Sequence record: SRR22947725_6754
Strand: one strand, 5' to 3'
Length of the DNA stretch: 33,989 nt
Shown here: positions 1 through 9,360 of the stretch, one piece after another
Position numbering within the stretch: the first letter of the stretch is position 1
How the letters are laid out: each line of letters begins with the position of its first letter
The notes under the pieces: model-generated
Databases searched by the model: none
What the model saw: the letters and a program-made list of their open reading frames with translations, nothing else
Told to the model about the DNA's origin: nothing
Made by a program: the position numbers and the translations under genes

Positions 1-2
1 TC

Positions 3-1151
3 AACGGATGTGCCAAAATGGATTTACAGGAAGACAATGTATCGCTTGCACAACTTAACCACTTTGGACACAACTACAATTACGTGAGCCGGTCCGCAAT
101 GTATCATTTCATGAACCGACACTTGAACCTGAATCTTGCGCTTCCCATCGTGGAACAGGATTATGAACGCCTTGACAAAGCCGCATTGACCGTCTGGTCC
201 CACGGCCACGACACCCCGGAGGGAGGTCCCGACTTCGAACGCGATTTGCTGCGGCATTGGCATGAGGATAACCAGCGTAAACTTCAGGCCAGTCATCAAA
301 GTCCGCATGCATTTCATAATGTGCATGGTCCGGGTATCGAAGCGATCATTGGTCGCACTTTCGAAAGGGCAGGCAATGTCGAACTCGAATTGACAAGCAA
401 GAGCGATCAAGGGAGTTACCTTGAAATGGTTGGTATGTTGAAAAACACGACTCATGATGAAGCAGTGCCCACTCTCTTTTTATACCCCTCAGAATGGAAT
501 GGTCGGACATGGATTTGGCCTACTGAAAATGGAAAAAGCGGTTTACTGAAATCAAACGGCAAACCAAGGCCGATCGTACAACGGGCACTGGATGCGGGGT
601 GTACCGTCGTTGGATTGGATCTTTTGATGCAGGGCGAGTTTTTACCCCCAACGGAGGAAGCCACTCAAAATCGCTTGGTATCCAATCCTCGAGAATTTGC
701 AGGCTACACATATGGATACAACTCGCCTCTCTTTGCTCAACGGGTACATGATCTACTTTCGCTTGTGGCATACGTGCATCACAACGAAAAACGCCCCAGT
801 GAAAGCATTGAACTCATCGGACTGAATGGCGCCGGACATTGGATTGCTGCGGCGCGCGCAGTGTGCAGTGATGTCATACATCGCTCTGCGATTCAAACTC
901 AGGGATTTCGATTTGGTGACCTGACCGATTTCAAGGATGTCAACTTTCTCCATGGAGGTGCAAAATACGGAGATCTGCCCGGAATGCTCGCTCTGGGAAC
1001 TCCCTCTGAGTTGTGGGCGGCAAATGAAGAAAAAGATTCCGAGACACTCTTGAGAAATCTCTATGCCTCATCCGGGTTTCCTGCTCGATTAACCATGACC
1101 TCATCAGGGAATGCTTCGATGGCCATACAATGGTTATTGGAACGGGATTGA
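3..1151 (+). CDS. C-terminal part of an alpha/beta-hydrolase-fold protein (acetyl-xylan-esterase-like, PVC type); 5' end lies outside the window
   Basis: The frame is open from the window edge (aac gga tgt gcc aaa atg). Motifs FGHNYN, GCTVVGLDLLMQGEF, YTYGYNSPLFAQRVHD and IGLNGAGHW resemble two-domain hydrolases common in Planctomycetes and Verrucomicrobia. Confidence 0.55.
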   Translation, partial: NGCAKMDLQEDNVSLAQLNHFGHNYNYVSRSAMYHFMNRHLNLNLALPIVEQDYERLDKAALTVWSHGHDTPEGGPDFERDLLRHWHEDNQRKLQASHQSPHAFHNVHGPGIEAIIGRTFERAGNVELELTSKSDQGSYLEMVGMLKNTTHDEAVPTLFLYPSEWNGRTWIWPTENGKSGLLKSNGKPRPIVQRALDAGCTVVGLDLLMQGEFLPPTEEATQNRLVSNPREFAGYTYGYNSPLFAQRVHDLLSLVAYVHHNEKRPSESIELIGLNGAGHWIAAARAVCSDVIHRSAIQTQGFRFGDLTDFKDVNFLHGGAKYGDLPGMLALGTPSELWAANEEKDSETLLRNLYASSGFPARLTMTSSGNASMAIQWLLERD

Positions 1152-1770
1152 AACCAGTCACTTCTATTCAGACACAACCGAAACAGCAAATTTTTGGCAA
1201 CCATTCGCTTGATTTCGCTCTGAAATATCGAGACATATCCAATAAATAAAATTACCGCACGGAGGGCTCAATTTGTTCTTACTGGGATTCGTTGAGCTCC
1301 AAGTGATGCCCCTTGCGGGAGACAATGAATGGAACACTTTCCGAAAAACCTGCATCTTCTTGCCTGAAACCGGAACCGTGCTCACCGTAGAGTGTCGTCC
1401 ACCTATCAGGGACTATTTTATCGTAATAATTCCCCGTCATTACTGCTCGACTGTATCGCATGCTGACTCGATAGAACATTAAATGGACTCTGCGTGGTCA
1501 AGGTAATGAGGAAATGGCGCATTGGGAAATTGGATTCACTCGGGCGTCGCAACGAATGGATGAGGGCATCATGATCACATACACGCCCACTTTTAAACAG
1601 TCACCCCCTCAGCTTCTAATTTCCGCTGAAAAAGAATATGCTCAAAAACTGTCTCATGTCCGAAGCTGGTCGAGGTAGTCCTTACAAGATAGCGACATAA
1701 TAGAGCAGATTGATTGTTTGAATCTCAATGGAAAAACCGACATTATGAGCAGAGAAAGATACGATCAATC

Positions 1771-3174
1771 ATGAATCATCAAGGTATCAAAACACGGAGT
1801 TGTGAATTGTATTTCATCCCTATTTCAACCCGTATGCCATTGAAATTCGGGATTGAAACGCTAACAGAAGTTGTGCTTGCTCGCGCAAAAGTCGAGGTGG
1901 CTACGACCAGTGGCAAGCAGTGCTCCGGATGGGGAGAAACTCCTCTGAGCGTTCAATGGGTTTGGCCTGGCAGTCTGCCCTATCAGGAGAGACTGAACGC
2001 GATGCAGACATTTTGTGAGATGCTGGCGCACGCTGTGGTTGAATTCGACCTTTCAGCCGATCCCATCGAACTGGGGTGGCAGTTTCAAGAAACGCAACTT
2101 CCTCAACTGCTGGACACATTCAATATGAACCACCGCAAGGGCAAGGAATCGATGCCATGGCTGGCAGCGCTTGTGTGTCTTTCAGCATTCGACATCGCCA
2201 TCCATGACGCATTCGGCAATATCCATGACCGATCGATATTTGAGTGCTATGATGAAGCCTTTTTACAGTATGATCTGGGCCGATACCTGGAAGCGGCGAA
2301 GGATTCTTGCATCGATTTTTCAGGAAAGTATCCCAGCGATTATCTGGCAAACACACCCCTCAAGCGGCTGCGCGCCTGGCACCTGGTGGGCGGTGTGGAT
2401 CCCTTGCAGAAAAGTGACCTCCATGGCGAGGAGCCGGATGACGGATATCCGGTCCTGCTGCGCGATTGGATTCGTACCGATGGTTTGAAATGTCTCAAAA
2501 TCAAATTGCGCGGTGATGATGCCGCATGGGACATGGATCGCCTTTTGCAGATCGGGCAGATTGCTCTGGATGAAGAAGTGGAATGGCTGACAGCTGATTT
2601 TAACTGCAACGTGCGCAAGCCGGAGTATGTGAACCAGATATTGGACGAACTCAGGGATACCCATCCAAGGATTTATGGCATGCTTCTCTATGTAGAGCAG
2701 CCTTTCCCATATGAACTTGAAGAACACCCCATCGATGTGCACAGCGTGTCCTCAAGAAAACCTCTCTTTCTGGACGAAAGTGCCCATGACTGGAAGCTGA
2801 TCCGGTTAGGCCGTGAATTAGGCTGGACGGGCGTCGCGTTGAAGACCTGCAAAACTCAAACAGGTGCCATTTTAAGTGCATGCTGGGCAAAAGCGCACGG
2901 CATGACCCTTATGGTCCAGGATTTAACCAACCCGATGCTGGCACAAATCCCGCATCTTCAACTCGCTGCTCATGTTGGAACCATCATGGGAGTCGAGACA
3001 AATGGGATGCAGTTTTATCCGGAAGCCAGCACAGCAGAAGCAAAAGAGCATCCAAAACTTTATCAACGTCGACATGGAGTGGTCGATCTTGGCACGCTCC
3101 ATGGATCAGGTTTTGGTTATTGCGTCGACCGCATTGATCGAAAATTGCCTGCACCCACATTGGTCGCAAGATAG
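1771..3174 (+). CDS. Enolase-superfamily (mandelate racemase/muconate lactonizing-like) protein of unknown substrate
   Basis: N-terminal capping-domain motifs (GWGETP, AFDIAIHDA), a KxK motif (LKIKL), acidic metal-ligand motifs (DFN, VEQP, LDES) and ALKTCK. ATG at 1771 is preferred over TTG at 1714. Confidence 0.75.
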   Translation: MNHQGIKTRSCELYFIPISTRMPLKFGIETLTEVVLARAKVEVATTSGKQCSGWGETPLSVQWVWPGSLPYQERLNAMQTFCEMLAHAVVEFDLSADPIELGWQFQETQLPQLLDTFNMNHRKGKESMPWLAALVCLSAFDIAIHDAFGNIHDRSIFECYDEAFLQYDLGRYLEAAKDSCIDFSGKYPSDYLANTPLKRLRAWHLVGGVDPLQKSDLHGEEPDDGYPVLLRDWIRTDGLKCLKIKLRGDDAAWDMDRLLQIGQIALDEEVEWLTADFNCNVRKPEYVNQILDELRDTHPRIYGMLLYVEQPFPYELEEHPIDVHSVSSRKPLFLDESAHDWKLIRLGRELGWTGVALKTCKTQTGAILSACWAKAHGMTLMVQDLTNPMLAQIPHLQLAAHVGTIMGVETNGMQFYPEASTAEAKEHPKLYQRRHGVVDLGTLHGSGFGYCVDRIDRKLPAPTLVAR

Positions 3175-3184
3175 AGGGCTAGTC

Positions 3185-4456
3185 ATGCATGTAAACCCTG
3201 ATTTTATTGATAAAGACCCACTCAAGTTGCTGAGAAACAAGCTCCAGACCGGCTTGAATGGCCTGAGCATCACAAACTCTGAGGGGCGCCACCAAATCCG
3301 TAGCTTGTATCGGAGCGCGTTGGAGAAAGACGTTCTCCCCTTCTGGTTTCCACGATGCGCGGATACTGAAAACGGAGGATTTTACACAGGATTAGATCAG
3401 GACGGTACTTTGATTGACACTGATAAGTCTGTTTGGGCTCAGGGGAGAATGACATGGATGTTATTACGCTGCCAACAAGACCTGGATCTTGGTTCAAAAT
3501 GGCTTGAGTATGCAGAATCTGGCATTCAATTCATGAAAAAATATTGTTTTGATTCAGATGGCCGCATGTTTTTTCACGTGACGGAACAAGGAAAGCCAAT
3601 CCGGAAAAGGCGTTATGCCTATAGCGAAGCATTTGCAGCTATTGCCTTTGCAGCACACGCAAAGACAACTAACAGCGATGAATCTGCCCAACGAGCCCGT
3701 GATCTTTTGGAACAATTCATCAAGTGGAATTTCGATCTATCCTCAGGAGGTGAACCAAAATACACCGATATCCGTCCCATGACGGGATTATCGCCTCGAA
3801 TGATAGCAATAGTGACGGCTCAGGAGTTGAGGCACCAACTAGGTCCAAGTGATCAACTTGACGCAGTGATCCGGCATATGATTACCGAAATCATTCGCCT
3901 TTTTGTGAAACCAGAGAAACGTTGCGTGATGGAACAAGTGCTACCGGATGGGAGTATCTCAGATCATATTGAGGGGAGATTACTGAATCCCGGGCACGCT
4001 ATTGAGACGGCGTGGTTCATCATGCAGGAAGGCGCTTTACAGAAAAACGATTCATGGATACAGCTAGGCTGCAGCATGTTGGATTGGAATTGGCACCTTG
4101 CATGGGATCGAGAGCATGGCGGCCTTCTTTATTTTGCGGACGCGACTGGAAAACCCGTCCAGGAATATTGGCATGACATGAAATTCTGGTGGGTTCACAA
4201 CGAAACCATGATCGCTTCCATCATGGCTCATCAGCTAAGCGGTGAAAAAAAATATGCTGAAATGCATGAAAAAGTGCACAATTGGTCATTTAAGCACTTT
4301 ACAGATTCCAAACACGGAGAATGGTTTGGTTATCTGAGGAAGGATGGAACCGTTTCAAATCGAGCCAAGGGTAATTTGTGGAAAAGCTTCTTTCATTACC
4401 CGCGCTCATTGCTCTGGAGCTATCAATTGCTCAATAAAGATAAAGCAAGCGCTTAA
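3185..4456 (+). CDS. N-acyl-D-glucosamine 2-epimerase (AGE family)
   Basis: Motifs WAQGR, YSEAF, NPGHAIETAWF, WDREHGGLLYF, KFWWVHNET, GEWFGYL and KGNLWKSFFHYPR are typical of AGE. ATG at 3185 follows a GAGGG Shine-Dalgarno-like sequence, 10 nt after the upstream stop. Confidence 0.88.
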   Translation: MHVNPDFIDKDPLKLLRNKLQTGLNGLSITNSEGRHQIRSLYRSALEKDVLPFWFPRCADTENGGFYTGLDQDGTLIDTDKSVWAQGRMTWMLLRCQQDLDLGSKWLEYAESGIQFMKKYCFDSDGRMFFHVTEQGKPIRKRRYAYSEAFAAIAFAAHAKTTNSDESAQRARDLLEQFIKWNFDLSSGGEPKYTDIRPMTGLSPRMIAIVTAQELRHQLGPSDQLDAVIRHMITEIIRLFVKPEKRCVMEQVLPDGSISDHIEGRLLNPGHAIETAWFIMQEGALQKNDSWIQLGCSMLDWNWHLAWDREHGGLLYFADATGKPVQEYWHDMKFWWVHNETMIASIMAHQLSGEKKYAEMHEKVHNWSFKHFTDSKHGEWFGYLRKDGTVSNRAKGNLWKSFFHYPRSLLWSYQLLNKDKASA

Positions 4457-4713
4457 AAATTGGCGGAATATGCCGATCTATAATATGTCAGGAGAACCAA
4501 TAATATTGGGAAAAGTGCTGGTTTCTGAGTCAAAACAGCGTAGGGTGACAAAGTTCTTGGAATACCAACGCTGTCTTGGTCACCAAGATGTTGCTTGGAC
4601 CTTCAGATGGATTCAGCACAAGGGACTTACCCTAGCCAAATTTAGCAGGGCGAGTCTGGGTTCGATGGCAACATTGAAAAACGATAACTTTCGAAAATCC
4701 GTAAATTAAAAGT

Positions 4714-7206
4714 ATGAGTGAAGACGCCTTCAACAACTTTACTCCCAGGGCACAGCAAGTACTGGCTTTGGCGAGAAAAGAAGCAGATCGTTTCAACCAC
4801 AATTACGTGGGCACCGAGCATCTACTCCTGGGTCTGATCAAGTTGGATCAGGGAGTTGCTGTGAACGTGTTAAAGAAAATGGGGCTTGATCTGGAAACAG
4901 TGCAGCTAGAGGTTGAGAAACACGTCCCTCCGGGGCCCGACCACAAGGTAGCCGGCACAATTCCATATACTCCTCGTGTCAAGAAGGTGTTGGACCTTGC
5001 CTCAAAGGAGGCCAGGCAACTTGCTCACACCTATGTCGGCACCGAGCATATCCTTCTGGGTTTGCTACGTGAGGGAAACGGTGTAGCAGCCAAAGTATTG
5101 CGCGGCCTTGACATTGATCTGGAGCAGACCCGCAATGAAATACTGAAAGAGGTTGACCCCAATTTTCAGGGCGGAGAGGATTTTGCGAACATGGAAGAGG
5201 CGGGCAAACCCGAGAAAAAGGGTGAAATCAAAACCCCCGCCCTCAAGGCATTTGGTCGCGACCTCACGGAAATTGCCCGCAAAGGGTCTATGGACCCGGT
5301 TATTGGTCGCAAGGATGAGATAGAGCGTGTCATACAAGTGCTATGTCGACGCACCAAGAACAACCCTGTTCTTTTGGGTGAGGCTGGTGTAGGAAAAACA
5401 GCCATTGTCGAAGGGCTCGCTCAGGAAATTTCTCGTGGAAACGTACCCGAGATTTTAAGAGAAAAGAGAGTCATCACGCTGGATCTTGCCCTGATGGTTG
5501 CGGGTACCAAGTATCGTGGTCAATTCGAGGAGCGCATCAAGGCTGTCATGGATGAAATACGGCGAACCAAGAATGTGATCCTCTTCATTGATGAGCTTCA
5601 TACGATTGTGGGTGCGGGCTCGGCCGAAGGAACCATGGACGCTTCTAACATTATCAAACCGGCGCTCAGTCGGGGAGAAATGCAATGTATTGGCGCCACG
5701 ACACTCAATGAATATCGCAAGTATATTGAAAAGGATGCAGCGCTGGAACGTCGTTTCCAAAGTGTCAAAATCGAAGCTCCTTCTCCGGAAGACGCCATTC
5801 TTATTCTTCAGGGCCTCAAGGGGAAATACGAAGATCATCACAACATCATCCTGACGGACGCTGCCATCGAGTCCGCTGTGAAACTTTCAGAACGTTACAT
5901 CACAGGAAGATTCCTTCCGGACAAGGCGATTGATGTCATGGATGAAGCCGGTGCTCGCGCACGCATAGTTTCCATGACGCGGCCACCAGACGTCAAAAAC
6001 CTGGAGGTGGAAATCGAAACTATCCGGGTCGATAAGGAAAAGGCAATCAAGGAGCAGGACTTCGAGAAAGCCGCTTCAATGCGTGACAAGGAAAAGCAAT
6101 CGAAGGAAAAGCTCGAATCCATTTTAGGTGCGTGGAAAGACTCACGCGAAGAAAAGCGAGTCACGGTGGATGATGAAGACATGCTTCAGGTGGTTTCGAA
6201 ATGGACGGGGATTCCATTGAAACGAATGGAAGCGGGCGAGATCCAGCGTCTACTGGAGATGGAGGACGAGTTGTCCCGCATAGTTATTTCTCAAAACGAG
6301 GCAGTTTCTGCTCTCTGCAAGGCACTTCGCCGGTCGCGTGCTGATCTGAAAGATCCAAGACGTCCAATTGGAACCTTCGCTCTTCTGGGGCCTACAGGTG
6401 TAGGTAAAACACTTTTGGCAAAAACAGTTGCAGCCCATATGTTTGGAGATGAGAAATCCTTGATACAGCTGGACATGAGTGAATACATGGAGAAGTTCAC
6501 CGTGTCACGACTGGTTGGCTCACCTCCTGGGTACGTGGGCTACGAAGAGGGAGGCCAACTCACCGAACAGGTCCGACGCAAACCATATTCAGTGATTTTG
6601 TTCGATGAGATCGAGAAGGCACACCCCGATGTCATGAATATGCTGCTTCAAATACTGGAGGAAGGCAAATTGACAGACAACGTCGGAAGAACCGTTGATT
6701 TCAGAAACACCGTCATACTCCTCACATCCAATGTAGGAGCGCAAATGGTGAGCAGCCAGGCGAATATTGGATTCAGAAAACCTTCTGAACAGGGAGATTA
6801 CGATGCCATGAAGGAAACAATCCTGGATGAAGCTAAGCGCACCTTCAAACCAGAGTTCCTTAACCGTTTGGACGATGTCATTGTTTTCCAATCGCTCAAC
6901 CGCGAAAGCTTGATCACGATCCTTACGCTTGAAACCGAGAAAGTCCTGACTCGCCTCAAGAGCAAGAACATAGATTTGGTATTGTCAGATAAGGCCAAGG
7001 ACTTTCTGGTGGAGAAGGGATACGATCCGGATTACGGGGCTCGCCCCATGAGACGCGCTGTGGAAAGATACTTGGAAGACCCATTGGCGGAAGAAATTTT
7101 GAAGGGATCCCTGCTGGATAACCTGCGCATTAATGTGATCGTCGAAGAGGATAGTTTGGTCTTTCGTCAGGAGGCGAATATTGAGGGAGAAGCCGTCTCC
7201 AGCTGA
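4714..7206 (+). CDS. clpC: ATP-dependent Clp protease ATP-binding subunit ClpC
   Basis: Two Clp-N repeats ([22 protein letters not shown]), Walker A motifs GEAGVGKT and GPTGVGKT, a UVR-type middle domain ([15 protein letters not shown]), an IGF ClpP-docking loop (NIGF) and the C-terminal GARPMRR. Confidence 0.95.
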   Translation: MSEDAFNNFTPRAQQVLALARKEADRFNHNYVGTEHLLLGLIKLDQGVAVNVLKKMGLDLETVQLEVEKHVPPGPDHKVAGTIPYTPRVKKVLDLASKEARQLAHTYVGTEHILLGLLREGNGVAAKVLRGLDIDLEQTRNEILKEVDPNFQGGEDFANMEEAGKPEKKGEIKTPALKAFGRDLTEIARKGSMDPVIGRKDEIERVIQVLCRRTKNNPVLLGEAGVGKTAIVEGLAQEISRGNVPEILREKRVITLDLALMVAGTKYRGQFEERIKAVMDEIRRTKNVILFIDELHTIVGAGSAEGTMDASNIIKPALSRGEMQCIGATTLNEYRKYIEKDAALERRFQSVKIEAPSPEDAILILQGLKGKYEDHHNIILTDAAIESAVKLSERYITGRFLPDKAIDVMDEAGARARIVSMTRPPDVKNLEVEIETIRVDKEKAIKEQDFEKAASMRDKEKQSKEKLESILGAWKDSREEKRVTVDDEDMLQVVSKWTGIPLKRMEAGEIQRLLEMEDELSRIVISQNEAVSALCKALRRSRADLKDPRRPIGTFALLGPTGVGKTLLAKTVAAHMFGDEKSLIQLDMSEYMEKFTVSRLVGSPPGYVGYEEGGQLTEQVRRKPYSVILFDEIEKAHPDVMNMLLQILEEGKLTDNVGRTVDFRNTVILLTSNVGAQMVSSQANIGFRKPSEQGDYDAMKETILDEAKRTFKPEFLNRLDDVIVFQSLNRESLITILTLETEKVLTRLKSKNIDLVLSDKAKDFLVEKGYDPDYGARPMRRAVERYLEDPLAEEILKGSLLDNLRINVIVEEDSLVFRQEANIEGEAVSS

Positions 7207-7252
7207 CGTTCGCTTAACAAGCAGAATCAAGCCTATTCAAATTGAATCAGTA

Positions 7253-7287
7253 GCACCCGTCTGAATATTTAAGCAGACGGGTGTTTT
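7253..7287 (+). terminator. Rho-independent terminator after clpC
   Basis: Stem gcacccgtctg / cagacgggtgt with a 10-nt loop, followed by a short T run. Confidence 0.75.
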
Positions 7288-7318
7288 CAGTAACGCCTCA
7301 AAAACCAATAATCACCAC

Positions 7319-8251
7319 GTGAAAACAAGAAAGCTAGGAAAGACAGACTTGCAGCTGCCAATCGTAGGCTTCGGAGCGTCTTCCTTGGGACAGGAATTCC
7401 GACCAATCCAACTGGACGAAGCTATGAAGAGCGTTACCACCGCGCTGGAATGTGGTATGAACCTCATTGACACCTCCCCATTCTACGGGCGAGGCATGAG
7501 TGAAGTTTTGTTGGGCATGGCTTTAAGAGACATCTCGCGCAGCGACTATATTCTATGTTCCAAACTTGGACGATACGATCTGGATCATTTTGATTTTTCA
7601 GCAAAACGTGTTGAAGAAAGTGTGGATGTCAGTCTGCACCGGTTGGGAACAGATCATCTGGATATTATTCTCTGTCACGATATCGAGTTTGTGCCAATGC
7701 AACAAATCGTCGACGAAACCATTCCAGCCCTGAAAAAAATTCAAGCCTGCGGAAAAGTCCGTTATATCGGAATCAGCGGATATCCTCAGAAAATTTTTAA
7801 ATTCATCATTGATCAAGCCGGCATAGACTGTGTGTTGAGTTACAACCAATACACTTTACAGAATACTCGATTTGCTGATGAGTCGATTCCTTACCTGCAG
7901 GAACGAGGTGTGGGTGTTATGAATGCAGGTCCATTTTCGGCCAGACTGCTGACTAACGCTCCCCTTCCCCCTTGGCTCAAAGAGCCAGAATCCGTGAAAC
8001 AGGCAGCACGCAAAGCCGCCAGGTTGTGCGAACAAAAAGGTTTTGATATTGCGAAAATCGCATTGCAATTCTCAATTAAAAACAAGGATATCGCGACCAC
8101 TATAGCCGGCAGTGCTAACCCCGATAACATTCGTAAATGGGCGGAATGGATTGAAGAACCCATGGACAGGGAATTACTCGAGGAAGTCCTTGCTATCTTC
8201 CAGCCGGTAAAAAACATCGGCCACAAGGAAGGTTTAGCTGAAAATAATTAA
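7319..8251 (+). CDS. Aldo/keto reductase, L-galactose dehydrogenase-like
   Basis: RKLGKT start, GFGASSLG, DTSPFYGRGMSE (catalytic Asp/Tyr), SKLGRY (Lys), CHDIEF (His) and GKVRYIGISGYP. These match the plant/Bacteroides L-galactose dehydrogenase branch of the AKR family. Confidence 0.8.
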   Translation: MKTRKLGKTDLQLPIVGFGASSLGQEFRPIQLDEAMKSVTTALECGMNLIDTSPFYGRGMSEVLLGMALRDISRSDYILCSKLGRYDLDHFDFSAKRVEESVDVSLHRLGTDHLDIILCHDIEFVPMQQIVDETIPALKKIQACGKVRYIGISGYPQKIFKFIIDQAGIDCVLSYNQYTLQNTRFADESIPYLQERGVGVMNAGPFSARLLTNAPLPPWLKEPESVKQAARKAARLCEQKGFDIAKIALQFSIKNKDIATTIAGSANPDNIRKWAEWIEEPMDRELLEEVLAIFQPVKNIGHKEGLAENN

Positions 8252-8280
8252 CTCATAGACGCAACATTCGGTCATCCAAT

Positions 8281-9306
8281 ATGAAAGCACTTCAATTAAC
8301 TGAACCAAAAAATTTTGAAACGATCGATCTTCAGGAACCTGGTCAACCTGGACCGGGTCAGGCACTGGTTCAAGTCCATCGGATAGGTATCTGCGGCACA
8401 GATTACTCCGGTTATCTCGGTAAGATGCCCTTTTTCAGCTACCCGAGAATTCCTGGACATGAGTTGGGTGTAGAGGTGCTTGCCGTGGGCAGCAATGTTT
8501 CCAACGTCAAGACGGGTGATCATTGCAGCGTTGAACCTTATATGAATTGTGGCAACTGTTATCCATGTCGCAAAGGAGCCAGCAATTGTTGCGAAAGTCT
8601 TAAGGTCATCGGAGTCATGGAAGATGGTGGAATGAGAGAACGCTTCCTCATTCGAGCGGAAAAATTACATACCAGTCAGAAACTGACGTTTGATCAATTG
8701 GCCCTTGTCGAGACACTGGCTATCGGATGCCATGCCAATGATCGAGGTGCTCCCTCCGAAGGGGAACATGTCCTGATCATCGGCGCAGGTCCTATCGGTC
8801 TGGCCACGTTGGAGTTCACGCGACTCACCGGCGCTAGGATAACCGTCATGGATATGGTGCAGAGCCGTCTTGATTTCTGCAAATCCACATACGGTGTCGA
8901 TCACACCATTCTGTTCAAGGGCGATGGATCGGAAACTGCCCAAATGATGGAATGCACCCATGGTGATAAATACTCCGTTGTCACAGATGCCACAGGCAAT
9001 CAGCGTTCCATGTCCAACGCGCTTCAATATGTCGCTCATACCGGTTCATTGGTTTATGTGGGAATTACGACCGAAGCAATCAGTTTCAAACACCCCATGC
9101 TCCACAAACCTGAAATAACCCTCAAAGCAAGTCGCAATGCACTGCCCAAAGATTTCGGAAGGATTATTGGATTAATCGAGGATGGCACCATTGATACGGC
9201 TCCATGGGTCACCCATCGAACGGCATTCGATGCAGTAGCCGAAAATTTTGAAGGATTTACTCGCCCCGAGACAGGCGTCATTAAGGCAATCATTGAAATG
9301 TGCTAG
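8281..9306 (+). CDS. Zinc-binding dehydrogenase (MDR family), L-galactonate 5-dehydrogenase (LgoD/YjjN)-like
   Basis: GICGTD, YPRIPGHE, structural Zn cysteines CGNCYPC...NCC, Rossmann motif GAGPIG, KASRNA and the C-terminal GVIKAII. Confidence 0.8.
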   Translation: MKALQLTEPKNFETIDLQEPGQPGPGQALVQVHRIGICGTDYSGYLGKMPFFSYPRIPGHELGVEVLAVGSNVSNVKTGDHCSVEPYMNCGNCYPCRKGASNCCESLKVIGVMEDGGMRERFLIRAEKLHTSQKLTFDQLALVETLAIGCHANDRGAPSEGEHVLIIGAGPIGLATLEFTRLTGARITVMDMVQSRLDFCKSTYGVDHTILFKGDGSETAQMMECTHGDKYSVVTDATGNQRSMSNALQYVAHTGSLVYVGITTEAISFKHPMLHKPEITLKASRNALPKDFGRIIGLIEDGTIDTAPWVTHRTAFDAVAENFEGFTRPETGVIKAIIEMC

Positions 9307-9360
9307 TATGCCCCAATGGACCATGGTTCAAACGATGAGCAACGCTCTGCCAAGATAGTT

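Noticed and set aside
1225..1420. Possible 6S RNA, SRP RNA, RNase P RNA or riboswitch
   Set aside because: No long terminal helix or diagnostic consensus was found, only short stems compatible with chance.
2972..3184. N-terminal extension of the epimerase ORF overlapping the enolase gene
   Set aside because: It overlaps a real gene in another frame. ATG 3185 has a Shine-Dalgarno-like sequence and gives a normal AGE length.
4344..4709. 121-aa ORF ending 4 nt before clpC, considered as an mcsB remnant or leader
   Set aside because: It overlaps the epimerase 3' end and shows no McsA/McsB-like motifs. It is probably a chance frame across the promoter region.
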